Below are positions 47,101 through 56,644 of a DNA stretch of 64,000 bases, piece by piece. Numbering within the stretch: the first letter of the stretch is position 1; each line of letters opens with the position of its first letter. The position numbers and the translations under genes were made by a program. The DNA comes from a virus. The stretch spans positions 1-64,000 of IMG/VR virus record IMGVR_UViG_3300047552_001072. One strand, written 5' to 3'. The notes beneath the pieces are model-generated. The model searched no databases and was not told the DNA's origin. It saw only the letters and a list, made by a program, of their open reading frames with translations.

Positions 47101-48120
47101 TTATTGTTTAAAAACATTTAGTTCAATATGAAAATTATTCTGAAGTAGATCTTTAGGCATTTCCCAATAATCAGTTGTTTTATGCCATTTATACTCATCT
47201 AATAATTGAACATATCCTTTGACAAATTCATTACTAGATTTTAAGTATCCACCTAGTTTACCAACTTTCAAATCATTGTCAGTAACTGGATAGAATACTG
47301 GCAAGTTATAACAAGATTTCTCTTGTACTAAAAATTTGAAATTTAATATTCTATATTCAGAAATATCTCCATATTCTTTACATTCTTTTTTCCAACTTTC
47401 CATTGCCCTAGTATAAAAGGCAGCCTGTATATAATAGTAAAAAGTAATAAAAGAATGCTTAAACTGGTAAACAGACTTAGCAGTTGTTTTTAAGTCAATA
47501 ATTTGAATAGTCTTATTATTGTGATCAATAACAACAATGTCTAACAAACCTTTACATGGTACTAGGTCAACTTCAAAAAAGATTGCAACTTGAAATAAGA
47601 TATTAATCCCTTCAGGTGCTTCTTTAAATAGCCATCCACAATGCTCAGACTCTGTTAGAAGTTTGTACATTCTCCTTACCAAAATAGCATCTTCTCTTTT
47701 TAATACTAACTTAGTATCCTTTTCTAATAAAAACTTTACATAGGTTTGACACTCAGTATCATTAAATACCCTTTTGATTTTGTCTAAGGATATTTTGTAA
47801 CCAGATTGAATATGTGCCAATTCGTACGCTAAATCATCATCGCATTTATTGACATATTTCTGACGAACAAATTCTTCGCAGAAGATTTTCATCATCTTAG
47901 TTAACTTATAATCAGGTTCTTCTATATAAATATTGTGATACTCTTCTTTATTAGTAAGTAGAGTATCTAATGCTCCACCTACTACAAAGTAGTCTTTAAC
48001 TTCCTCTTCTTCCTTTTTAGTAAACATTTTATGTCTAAAAAACTTAGGATGAGTAGAAAGATATCCTAAACTAGATTGAGATATGCTGGGATCTGCCCTG
48101 TATTCTTTCTCAGTTTTCAT
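47101..48120 (-). CDS. PD-(D/E)xK exonuclease (RecE/ExoVIII-like)
   Basis: ISQSSL, GGALD.LL, KGLLD...IIDLKTT and YYIQAAFY motifs. Confidence 0.8.
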   Translation of the reverse strand: MKTEKEYRADPSISQSSLGYLSTHPKFFRHKMFTKKEEEEVKDYFVVGGALDTLLTNKEEYHNIYIEEPDYKLTKMMKIFCEEFVRQKYVNKCDDDLAYELAHIQSGYKISLDKIKRVFNDTECQTYVKFLLEKDTKLVLKREDAILVRRMYKLLTESEHCGWLFKEAPEGINILFQVAIFFEVDLVPCKGLLDIVVIDHNNKTIQIIDLKTTAKSVYQFKHSFITFYYYIQAAFYTRAMESWKKECKEYGDISEYRILNFKFLVQEKSCYNLPVFYPVTDNDLKVGKLGGYLKSSNEFVKGYVQLLDEYKWHKTTDYWEMPKDLLQNNFHIELNVFKQ

Positions 48121-48694
48121 TTAGAATTTTGTTTTTTACAAACTCATCTAACTTCTTATTAACCTCATAAGATAACTCAATATCATAATCAGCAACATGA
48201 AGTCTCTCTTCAATTACTTTAATTTTTAATTCTTTAGCTACAGTGGATTGTTGGAAATTTTCCAATTTAGCTCTTTTATCTTGTAATACCCATGCAGATT
48301 TTTGCATCAAACATAAAGCAGGTCTATGGAAATAACTACCATAAAAATTGCAATTGTGATACTTGAAGAAGTTAAATAATTTATCTTGTTCAAATTCAGC
48401 ATTGTAAGCAATTAGTTGGAATTTATCCTTTGGGTTATACTTATCCACAAATAACTCAAGCTCTTTACAAAACTTAGCAAACCCTTCTTTTTGGGTAAGC
48501 ACATTTTTACTCTTGTTAATAACATGAAAATCCTTATTTACCTTGATTTTTTGACCATGGTCTGGTTTCATATTAATAACGAATCTTCTTTTAATACTAC
48601 CTCCAGTAACAACAATTCCTGCAATCTGAATGATCGCATTATTGTTAGTTAGTCCAGTGGTTTCTATGTCGATATAAACCTGTTTTAAGGCCAT
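48110..48694 (-). CDS. DEDDh 3'-5' exonuclease (DnaQ-like)
   Basis: YIDIETTG (ExoI), AYNAEFE (ExoII), HVADYD (ExoIII). Confidence 0.85.
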   Translation of the reverse strand: MALKQVYIDIETTGLTNNNAIIQIAGIVVTGGSIKRRFVINMKPDHGQKIKVNKDFHVINKSKNVLTQKEGFAKFCKELELFVDKYNPKDKFQLIAYNAEFEQDKLFNFFKYHNCNFYGSYFHRPALCLMQKSAWVLQDKRAKLENFQQSTVAKELKIKVIEERLHVADYDIELSYEVNKKLDEFVKNKILNEN

Positions 48695-49086
48695 TATTCG
48701 TTGTTTTTTCGAATGATCTCTCCTATTACATACATTACTTCCTTTTGGGTTGTAGGCATGTATAAATCCAATTTAATTGAGTTTTCTGCTAGGTACTTTT
48801 TGAATAATTTCCACTTCAATCTTGCTGTTGTAGTAAAATGACCTTTGCACTCAATAAGCCACCCAGTACCAGTAAAGTCTGGGGTGTAAGTAATCGCGGC
48901 TTGTCCTTGACGTTGTTGTATAAATGATTTTCCTATACGCTCTAAAGAAACTCCCTCGTACTTAAAGGAAGGTGTTATTACATACTTTACCTTTTCATAC
49001 TCAAAAGGAAGTTTATTTAGAGTTAATTGTTCAGCACAAAAGCTTTCCAACTTAGATCTGAACTTTCCTGTCTTTTTTGCTCTCAT
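48694..49086 (-). CDS. T7 endonuclease I-like Holliday junction resolvase
   Basis: FRSKLE, FEYE, YTPDF and IECKG motifs. Confidence 0.8.
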   Translation of the reverse strand: MRAKKTGKFRSKLESFCAEQLTLNKLPFEYEKVKYVITPSFKYEGVSLERIGKSFIQQRQGQAAITYTPDFTGTGWLIECKGHFTTTARLKWKLFKKYLAENSIKLDLYMPTTQKEVMYVIGEIIRKNNE

Positions 49087-49098
49087 CTTATAAAGATT

Positions 49099-50664
49099 TT
49101 AGTATAATTCTTCTGTAAAAGAAGTAGAATCATTCTTAAACTCTTCCATAGCATTGTTTACATGCTCAGAGTTTACAGAAGTTCTACCATTTAAAGCTCT
49201 ATGTACAGCTTTTACATTATCATTTTTGTTCTTATCTCTAATAATATTCATATAACGTATGATACTATCAGTTACTTCTTTGTAAATATCCAACACTTTA
49301 GTTGGAGCATCTTCTCCAAAATTATCATATAACTGGCATATTACATCAGTTAATTTGATTTTATCCTTTCCTTCCAAAATTTTCTTAGAATACACATCTG
49401 CATAACGTACAATGGTATTACAAATTAATAACCACATAAGAGTTTTGTGGAAGTTAACTGTAGGACCATGTAGTCTAAATTCAACGGTACCACTAGAAAA
49501 GAAATAATTAACCAAATTCATGGCATAGTAACGAGTAGGACAATCCCACTGTCTATTCCATGGAGTGTATTTAGTTTGCTTATATATTTTTGGATTATTT
49601 TTTTTGTCTGGTTTTGCTCCACAAGTAATAAACGAGAATATCTCATTATAATGTCTCATAAGCTCTTTTTCATATTCTTCCTTACTCTTAGCTTTATACA
49701 AACTATTATCACCAATTCCTAAGTCAATTAATCTCTCTGAGTATTCTTTTTGTTTACCCATAATAGCTTGTTCATGACGTTTATAGAAAGGAACAAGATT
49801 AAATAATTCATCCTGAAGTCTATAAAATAATTGGTACAAGGCAAGGATAAACTCTTTTCTTTTAGGTAAAGATCCAATATGTACATGCATAGCACAAGAA
49901 TGGTCAACTCTACATTGACTCATTAATCTTTTGCATACTTTCTTCAAAGATTCTAAACCTTTAGCACCTTTTAGAATAACTGTAGCATACTCGTACTGAT
50001 CTCTACTACTTAGGGAGCCATCAACAACAGGAACAATACCACCAGGACCCAAAAAGCTTGTTTGTAAAGTTCCTTGACTAGTTTCAAATTCAACTCCAAA
50101 AGTAAGGTTACCTAATAATCTGGCAATGGTTCTTGACCTGAATGTACTCTTATATTTTGTTTCTTCGTAGATTTTTTGTATATCTACAAAAGCTTTATTG
50201 GCATCATCTGCATGATGCGTAGTTCTAATGTTGATTGCAAAAGTTCTTATAGAAGCTAACTTAGATAAAAATTCAGCAGGCTCTTTAGTTGGATGATAGA
50301 AATAATTACTTGATTTAGACGGCAAATATCCTAAAGAATATGCAATATCTTCATTCATAATAAATAATTCTTCATCTTCTTTCTTTTTTACAGCCGAAAT
50401 GACTTGAACTGTCTTAAAATTGTTAAATAACATAGTACCTCGTTCTCCTTGAGAATTTATGATTCCGTATCTAACATTTTTAGAATTTTCATATTTTTGT
50501 GTTTCATCACAAAAGAGCACTTCTTCTCCAATAATAAAAGGTTGATCTTCTATATAAACTATAGCACCTTTTACTGCATTCTTTTCTTTGATTTTAACTT
50601 TAGGTAAGTTAGTTATAACTAACCTACCGTAAATTATGTCTGTTTTTAAATAGGTTCCACTCAT
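49099..50664 (-). CDS. Putative amidoligase (glutamine synthetase-like COOH-NH2 ligase, Amidoligase_2 type)
   Basis: FGVEFET, DGSL, YEYAT, CAMHVHIG, RYYAMN and TVEFRLHGPT motifs in the expected order. Confidence 0.8.
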   Translation of the reverse strand: MSGTYLKTDIIYGRLVITNLPKVKIKEKNAVKGAIVYIEDQPFIIGEEVLFCDETQKYENSKNVRYGIINSQGERGTMLFNNFKTVQVISAVKKKEDEELFIMNEDIAYSLGYLPSKSSNYFYHPTKEPAEFLSKLASIRTFAINIRTTHHADDANKAFVDIQKIYEETKYKSTFRSRTIARLLGNLTFGVEFETSQGTLQTSFLGPGGIVPVVDGSLSSRDQYEYATVILKGAKGLESLKKVCKRLMSQCRVDHSCAMHVHIGSLPKRKEFILALYQLFYRLQDELFNLVPFYKRHEQAIMGKQKEYSERLIDLGIGDNSLYKAKSKEEYEKELMRHYNEIFSFITCGAKPDKKNNPKIYKQTKYTPWNRQWDCPTRYYAMNLVNYFFSSGTVEFRLHGPTVNFHKTLMWLLICNTIVRYADVYSKKILEGKDKIKLTDVICQLYDNFGEDAPTKVLDIYKEVTDSIIRYMNIIRDKNKNDNVKAVHRALNGRTSVNSEHVNNAMEEFKNDSTSFTEELY

Positions 50665-52583
50665 TACTTAATGAAGAAAGCTTTTATTTTAGATGTTTCC
50701 TCATCTTCTAATTCCTCTATGTTAATAGAAGAACATGTATCACATCTCTCTAAATGATTTTGAGTTGTTACTGATCCACAATCATCACAAACTACAATAT
50801 ATTCTTTATCCTTAAAATCTTCTTGCTCTTCTTCTAAATATCTATTTATCTCGTCAATGTTATCAAGAACTTTTTGGAAAGCATTAGTACTGCATTTGTC
50901 ATCACACATAGGACAATCACTTACAACAGTTCCTTTACATTTTAGACAATATTTTATATTATCAAAAGTAGCATAGGTTTCTTTAAAATGTTCTGTTCTT
51001 TCTTTAGTTAATACCTCAACTATCATTGACTCTTTAAAGATATATCCTCTGTTTACATAAGGCCAAATAACTAATCCATCTATTGGATCAGAATGGTTTA
51101 AAAGAGTAGTTGGTTTTATAAAAGTAAGGCAATCTTTTTTATCTTCTTTTCTGTTAAATAATCCTGACCAAATAGGAAAATTAGTAGAACTACGAAGTAT
51201 TGTACCAGATACTGAACCTTCGTTTTTTATTTCGAAGATGTGTAAATCTTTTAAAGATCTTATGTTATTAATAAGTATTCCGCGATAGAAGTATAATTCT
51301 TTTGTTGCAACATTTACTGCAGGAGTCATATCTTCTACATCATAATAAGCATGCTTATCTTCTGATATAAAAATACCTCTTCCAGTTGTGTCAAAAGTAG
51401 TTATTCTATCCACTATTTCTACATCATTATAAGTAGATTTTTCTACACTGACATTTTCTCTAAGTTTTACTTTAGTATGTGCAATGTTACCATTATAATA
51501 ATATAGTCCTTTACTAAAAACTAGCCTACCCTCTTGAATACTTCTAAACAACTCTTGTTGACTTAAACCATCAGAATTTAGAACTCCAGCGGAAAGAGTT
51601 TTAATTGTTTCTAATTCACTTTTTTTTATTTCGCTTGCTGAGCTGCCTACGCATCCGCTTCTGTTCTTTTTTGATAATCTATTATAAAAGTCTGAATCTT
51701 CTTCATGACCCAAGTATCTTGGAGCTGGTAAAGAAAATGAGTTAGTACTTTTAGTAGGATTTCTATCTACTTTGATAACTTCTACTATTTCTCCATCTTC
51801 TATTACAGTAATAGCATCCATAGCAAAATGATACGAATCAATCGTATTACTTTCTAGATATTTCTTTCTGTTAGGAAGAGTTAAAAATGCCTCGTCTAAA
51901 GGTTTATGTTCAGAAGAAATGTATATTCCTGCCTTAGTTTGTACATAGTGTAAAGGTCTTTCAGGAGTATTAACTTTTGAGTAAGTTTCTTTTCCTGCCC
52001 ATACATAAACCTTGTTTGGTTCTTCTTTTATGTGCCATACCAAAGCTGCGCTACCCCTGTACATAGAAAGGAATTCTAAAGTTTCCTTTTCTCCTTGTGC
52101 AAAAATATTGAAGATAAGTACTGAGTCTGATGACCCATAGTCGAGAGACAATCCAAAATGTCTTTCTATTTCTGTTTCGTTAGTAATTGTTCCGTTATGA
52201 ACTCCAATCACAGTTCGAGTAGGATTTTCTTCACTATTTTTTGCTATAATTGGGTGGGCATCAGATAATGTAACACCTCCACGAGAAGAAGATCTTGAGT
52301 GACCAATTACTATACATGGATTATAAAATTTTGGTTTTTTGCCTGCCCAAAATTTTCCTTCTTTTTCATAATGTTTATGAAAAGAAGATATATCAGTTCC
52401 TTTACCATCTACATTTTTAGCCCCTCTATGTACATATAGTAGTCTCTGATTATTTTCTCGTGTGGTATAAAAGACTCCAAAGTTATCTTTTCCTCTGGAG
52501 TCTTGTGCTAATAGTAGATAATTAAGAATTATTTCATTAAAAATTTCTCCTTTCTTACCTATAAAACCTGCGATTCCGCACAT
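50664..52583 (-). CDS. Class II (Ntn) glutamine amidotransferase with C-terminal Zn-ribbon-like extension
   Basis: MCGIAG N-terminal nucleophile, RGKD.FG, GHSR, AHP, HNGTI, SDS and ERPL motifs. C-terminal CxxC pairs (CLKC, CPMC, CDDC, CDTC). Confidence 0.88.
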   Translation of the reverse strand: MCGIAGFIGKKGEIFNEIILNYLLLAQDSRGKDNFGVFYTTRENNQRLLYVHRGAKNVDGKGTDISSFHKHYEKEGKFWAGKKPKFYNPCIVIGHSRSSSRGGVTLSDAHPIIAKNSEENPTRTVIGVHNGTITNETEIERHFGLSLDYGSSDSVLIFNIFAQGEKETLEFLSMYRGSAALVWHIKEEPNKVYVWAGKETYSKVNTPERPLHYVQTKAGIYISSEHKPLDEAFLTLPNRKKYLESNTIDSYHFAMDAITVIEDGEIVEVIKVDRNPTKSTNSFSLPAPRYLGHEEDSDFYNRLSKKNRSGCVGSSASEIKKSELETIKTLSAGVLNSDGLSQQELFRSIQEGRLVFSKGLYYYNGNIAHTKVKLRENVSVEKSTYNDVEIVDRITTFDTTGRGIFISEDKHAYYDVEDMTPAVNVATKELYFYRGILINNIRSLKDLHIFEIKNEGSVSGTILRSSTNFPIWSGLFNRKEDKKDCLTFIKPTTLLNHSDPIDGLVIWPYVNRGYIFKESMIVEVLTKERTEHFKETYATFDNIKYCLKCKGTVVSDCPMCDDKCSTNAFQKVLDNIDEINRYLEEEQEDFKDKEYIVVCDDCGSVTTQNHLERCDTCSSINIEELEDEETSKIKAFFIK

Positions 52584-52592
52584 AGTTTATTA

Positions 52593-53558
52593 TTAAATTT
52601 CTTTTCTCTTTTCTAAAATCATCTGTCTAAATGCTTTTTTCCATCTACTGAAAGATAAAACAGCATTTTCATCTCCCATTGATGGGGCAGTATTTATTTC
52701 TAGAATTGTCCAAGATCCAGATTCAGAATCCCACAACATATCTACAGCACCAAAATCAAGATTACAAGCCATACAAGCATCTAAGGCTAAACTAACAGCT
52801 TTGTCAACAGAACAAGATTTTCCTTTACGTGAAAATGTTCTTTCGAAATTTGCAGTAAAGTAGCTATTTCCCAAGGCAATATTTCTTCCAAAACTACCTG
52901 CATCTACAGCCTCTTGTTTCATTAATTTTCTTAGTACTATAATTTCTCCTTTGTAATTTATTTCTGAGACACCATTACTTTGAGGAGGATAATCAACTCT
53001 TTTCATCAAAAGCAGAGGAGACACTGACACACGATACTCGTAAGATTTGCTCATATCTGGTTGAAATACTTCTTCAATGAAATAAGTATTTAATTCTTCA
53101 GATTTTTTAGAAGAAATAAAAGTTGCCAATTCCTTAATATCGTTGATTACTGTCATTCCTTTTCCACCACTACCATAAATAAGTTTTGCAACACAAGGAA
53201 AGGCCAGTCTGAAGTTTTGAACTCCTGCAGCGCTTAATTTCAATTCTGCAAACATTTGGTACTTCGGTGTAGGCAAACCAGCATCAACTAAGAACTGTTT
53301 ACATCTTACTTTATTTGATGCATTTTTAATTACATCAGGGTGATTTAAGATTACCCCACCATCTTTACGAACTAAGGCTACTTTTTCATAGCAGTTTTCT
53401 GTTCTACTACCTAAATTGATTAGAGTTTTATATGGAAATTTTCCTATAGGAAATCTTTCTTCTGGCTTCTCTTTATCTTTTTGAATTCGGAACTTATCTG
53501 CTGATGGGTTCTTGCTGATTACGTGAGGAGAAAATTGTTCGTTTAATTCAGTACTCAT
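52593..53558 (-). CDS. ATP-grasp ligase (RimK/GshB-like)
   Basis: NASNK, GLPTP, FPCVAK..GSGGKGM, FIEE, EYRV, DFGAVD and ILEINTAPS motifs. Confidence 0.85.
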   Translation of the reverse strand: MSTELNEQFSPHVISKNPSADKFRIQKDKEKPEERFPIGKFPYKTLINLGSRTENCYEKVALVRKDGGVILNHPDVIKNASNKVRCKQFLVDAGLPTPKYQMFAELKLSAAGVQNFRLAFPCVAKLIYGSGGKGMTVINDIKELATFISSKKSEELNTYFIEEVFQPDMSKSYEYRVSVSPLLLMKRVDYPPQSNGVSEINYKGEIIVLRKLMKQEAVDAGSFGRNIALGNSYFTANFERTFSRKGKSCSVDKAVSLALDACMACNLDFGAVDMLWDSESGSWTILEINTAPSMGDENAVLSFSRWKKAFRQMILEKRKEI

Positions 53559-54148
53559 TATTCAGTTATTTTTTCTTGTTCAACCTCTTCTTTAAAATAA
53601 TACTCATACGCTTTTGGAGCCTCTTGTTTTAGTCTTTCTTTCAAATCACTTGAGTATGTTTTGTAAACATTACCTACATAATCTCCCTTAGGATTTTTTG
53701 CTGCTTTTTGTTCAGCACTTGACCAAGGTGCTTCATAGAATTTAGCAATGATTGGCCCATCTTCTAGATTAATTCTAACTGCACAAGCTCTATATGCATC
53801 ATATTTTACTCCTTCAAGAGCATCTGTCTCTGCATTAATTCTATCAAATTCATCTGTTACTTGAAATAAATCAAATACAGTAACGTGACTTGTATCTCCT
53901 GTAAATTCACAAGAAATTCCACGACTTTTTAGAAATCCAGGAAGTTCTAATGTAGCGATATGTTTTGTTCTTTTATTGAAACACCATGCCCAATTACCCA
54001 TTCCAAGTCTTAATGTTCCATACACTAAGAAATAATTAGTTAAAAAGCTTTCTCCACTTTTCATTCTCAATATTCCTACTCTCTCCAATTCTTGTTTTTG
54101 ATCCTTTGTAAGATCAGAAAAGTTCAATAGTTTTTGCATTTTCTTCAA
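53558..54148 (-). CDS. Gamma-glutamylcyclotransferase (AIG2/GGCT-like)
   Basis: LVYGTLRLG.GN signature, DALEG (catalytic Glu), Y.R. Confidence 0.8.
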   Translation of the reverse strand: MKKMQKLLNFSDLTKDQKQELERVGILRMKSGESFLTNYFLVYGTLRLGMGNWAWCFNKRTKHIATLELPGFLKSRGISCEFTGDTSHVTVFDLFQVTDEFDRINAETDALEGVKYDAYRACAVRINLEDGPIIAKFYEAPWSSAEQKAAKNPKGDYVGNVYKTYSSDLKERLKQEAPKAYEYYFKEEVEQEKITE

Positions 54149-55055
54149 AGATTAATCTAAAATCAATTACTTTTTCTACTCCTTTTGTAGCAGTAATTTG
54201 TTCATTAATTATAGATGTTAGAAAAAATTTTTTACTTGATGTAAGTTCGTCTGGATCTGGGTAAGTAATGACTAAATGCTTTTCATCGTTAACCAGATTT
54301 TTAATTATTTCATTAGGCCTTTCTTGAAAAGATAAAAATATTAAATTATCTAATTTATCTGAAATATTATGAATAACCATTTCAGTAAAATCTTTCCAAG
54401 TATTTCTGTGTGCCTGTATCATATCTCGTCTACCAGTAGATAATGTTGGTATAACATTCATAAGTAATACACCTTGAGAAGCTAAATGTTCAAGAGGATA
54501 TTGCCATGAAGAATTTGGACTATACCACTCAATATCTAATTTTTCTCTCTCTGAGTCAATCTCTTGGAGAGTCTTGAAATATTCAGCAGCAGAATATGAA
54601 TCTAATTCTATTTCTTCACTGCTTTTTAAATTTCTTGCTTCGTCTAATAATCTAGTAAGATACCTGTATTTTTTATTATACAAATCTGAACATACTCCGT
54701 GAAATTCACAGTATCTTATATGACTTATAAAATGATTTACTTCAGTAGGTAAAGCTAGTCCTCTTCTATAACTCATTCCTAAGCCATTATTTGCGTCTGA
54801 TTGATCTATGTCTGGCATGTCAGTCAGTATTACCATCTTAAGATGCGGAGGCCCAAATAAATCAAATGGTGCAAATATATTATTGTATTCTGGAGTAACA
54901 TTAGGATAAAGTTTTAATGCTTCAAATATCTTATACATCTCCTTAGAGGAAAGATAATTGTAAAAGAAGTCAAACCAATTTCTTAGTAATAACTTACCAT
55001 AAACTCTATCCCAAAGCAACTCTTTTACTTTATTTTCTGCTTGTTTGTTCATCAA
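54114..55055 (-). CDS. Uracil-DNA glycosylase family 1-like protein, catalytically degenerate
   Basis: Scaffold motifs retained (VTP..NNIFAPF, KMVIL, GLGMS, LEHLASQGVLLMN, H..TW..FT..VI..IS, LIFL, HLVI), but GQDPY is replaced by TDMPD and HPSP by DPDE. Confidence 0.7.
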   Translation of the reverse strand: MMNKQAENKVKELLWDRVYGKLLLRNWFDFFYNYLSSKEMYKIFEALKLYPNVTPEYNNIFAPFDLFGPPHLKMVILTDMPDIDQSDANNGLGMSYRRGLALPTEVNHFISHIRYCEFHGVCSDLYNKKYRYLTRLLDEARNLKSSEEIELDSYSAAEYFKTLQEIDSEREKLDIEWYSPNSSWQYPLEHLASQGVLLMNVIPTLSTGRRDMIQAHRNTWKDFTEMVIHNISDKLDNLIFLSFQERPNEIIKNLVNDEKHLVITYPDPDELTSSKKFFLTSIINEQITATKGVEKVIDFRLIFEENAKTIELF

Positions 55056-56016
55056 GCATTTGTTTTAATTTTTCTAACCCATTCTCTCTAACAAAATCAG
55101 AAGGATCTTTTGATTTGTCATCTATTACTTTTAATTTAATTACATCAGGAATTAATTTTAAAATCATCTCTGCGTAATTTTCTCCTGCTGAATCGTTATC
55201 GTATAATATATACTTTCTTTTATATCTCCCCATTATATCTAGTACTCGGTTGTTTGGACGAGCTCCTTCAGAATTTAAAGCAATAGCCTCGTATCCTAAT
55301 AACCCTAGTACCATAATATCTTTCAAAGAAGAGGTTAAGATAATAGAGTCTGACTCATATCTTAATTGATCTTCTCCGTGAATATCATCTCTATTAGAAT
55401 TTCCTATCCACTTGTTTTTCTTAAATCTAGTTAATGGACGATATATTTTTATATGATCTGACTTAGGAAAGTGATACCCAAAGATTGGATCTTCACCTAA
55501 ATAAGTAGCATACAATTGTTTATCTATCCATACTTCTCGTATAGAGAATATATTAAATCTTTTTAACTCCTTTTCAGTAATTAAGAATTTGCTCCAGTAC
55601 TGGAGGTCTTCTTTAGTATACTTTTGTATTTTTACCTGAATTAGCTTTTCCTTACGTTTTTTAGTTGTAGTATCTTTAACTTTAACAGGTTCTTGTGAAT
55701 CTTTAAGATTCAAATTAAAGTCATTATTAAGCATTATTAATGCTTCTTTAAATGACATATTATATAATGAACAAACAAAATCAAAACAGTCTCCAGACTT
55801 TCCTGTAGAAAAATCATGAAACTTTAATTTTGAGTTTCCCTCAAAAAATACAAAAGAAGGATTCCTATCTTCTCTAAAAGGAGAGTTGTACTTCCTGCCT
55901 AGTACTATTTGTTGTCCAAAGTACTTTTCAAAAATAGAAAGGGGAGACACCCTTTCAAGTATCTCCCTCTTATCTAGATTCTTTTCTTCGTAATTCTTAG
56001 AATGGTAAATCATCAT
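55030..56016 (-). CDS. dnaG: DNA primase (DnaG-like, crAss type)
   Basis: SPFREDRNPSF, DFSTG.SGDCFDFV, KIYRPL, KW..N, and TOPRIM ILTSSLKD...YDNDSAG...KDPSD. Start uncertain (56016 or 56013 preferred; the ORF track uses 56055). Confidence 0.85.
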   Translation of the reverse strand: MMIYHSKNYEEKNLDKREILERVSPLSIFEKYFGQQIVLGRKYNSPFREDRNPSFVFFEGNSKLKFHDFSTGKSGDCFDFVCSLYNMSFKEALIMLNNDFNLNLKDSQEPVKVKDTTTKKRKEKLIQVKIQKYTKEDLQYWSKFLITEKELKRFNIFSIREVWIDKQLYATYLGEDPIFGYHFPKSDHIKIYRPLTRFKKNKWIGNSNRDDIHGEDQLRYESDSIILTSSLKDIMVLGLLGYEAIALNSEGARPNNRVLDIMGRYKRKYILYDNDSAGENYAEMILKLIPDVIKLKVIDDKSKDPSDFVRENGLEKLKQMLDEQTSRK

Positions 56017-56608
56017 CCTCTGCATTGATAGTTCCGCTTCCTTTAGGAGCTTCATTTATTTTTGCTGGAGTACAACGATTTTCCAATTCCCACGCAGACA
56101 TTTTAATTCTACACTCCTGTCCCTCAACTTGTTTTTGAATATAGTTAGGAAAAGTAGGAAATTGAGTAAATACACCATCTTTATCATAAATTACTTTAAG
56201 ATAAACTGGTTGATTTTTAAAGTTTGTTTTCTCAATTCTTGCTTTCGCAATTGAACAAAATTCTCCAAATGAATTAGCATTGATCTCGGCATCTTTCTCA
56301 GATACAAAAGTTTTCAATATTTTCACTACATGAGATAACTTACTTTTAATCTCTCTTTCCAATGCTTGTTCAGGAGTTTCTCCATCAAATGGTTTTGGAT
56401 TCGGATTAGGAAACCAAATTCTTTGATTCATAAAGGTATTATCCTCTTTTTTAACAAAAATAAATTCCATGTAATCTACATTAGCCTTTGTTTTTGCAAT
56501 TTCAATTGATTCTAAGTTACAATTTGAGTGAATTCCAACTCCCATTTTGCTTCTTTTTGTAGAATCTTCTATAAGATCATTAACTGATTTAGTATTATAA
56601 ATACTCAT
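55997..56608 (-). CDS. ssb: Single-stranded DNA-binding protein (putative)
   Basis: Ends in an acidic DDDLPF tail, has a beta-rich N-terminus, and lies between the recombinase-like ATPase and primase. Confidence 0.7.
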   Translation of the reverse strand: MSIYNTKSVNDLIEDSTKRSKMGVGIHSNCNLESIEIAKTKANVDYMEFIFVKKEDNTFMNQRIWFPNPNPKPFDGETPEQALEREIKSKLSHVVKILKTFVSEKDAEINANSFGEFCSIAKARIEKTNFKNQPVYLKVIYDKDGVFTQFPTFPNYIQKQVEGQECRIKMSAWELENRCTPAKINEAPKGSGTINAEDDDLPF

Positions 56609-56644
56609 TTTTTAAAAATTTTTTAAAAATTATAAAATTATAAA

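Noticed and set aside
56609-56644. A/T-only intergenic run with TTTTTAAAAA and TTATAA repeats as a replication origin
   Set aside because: It is only 36 bp and is adequately explained as the AT-rich translation initiation region of ssb; no iterons.
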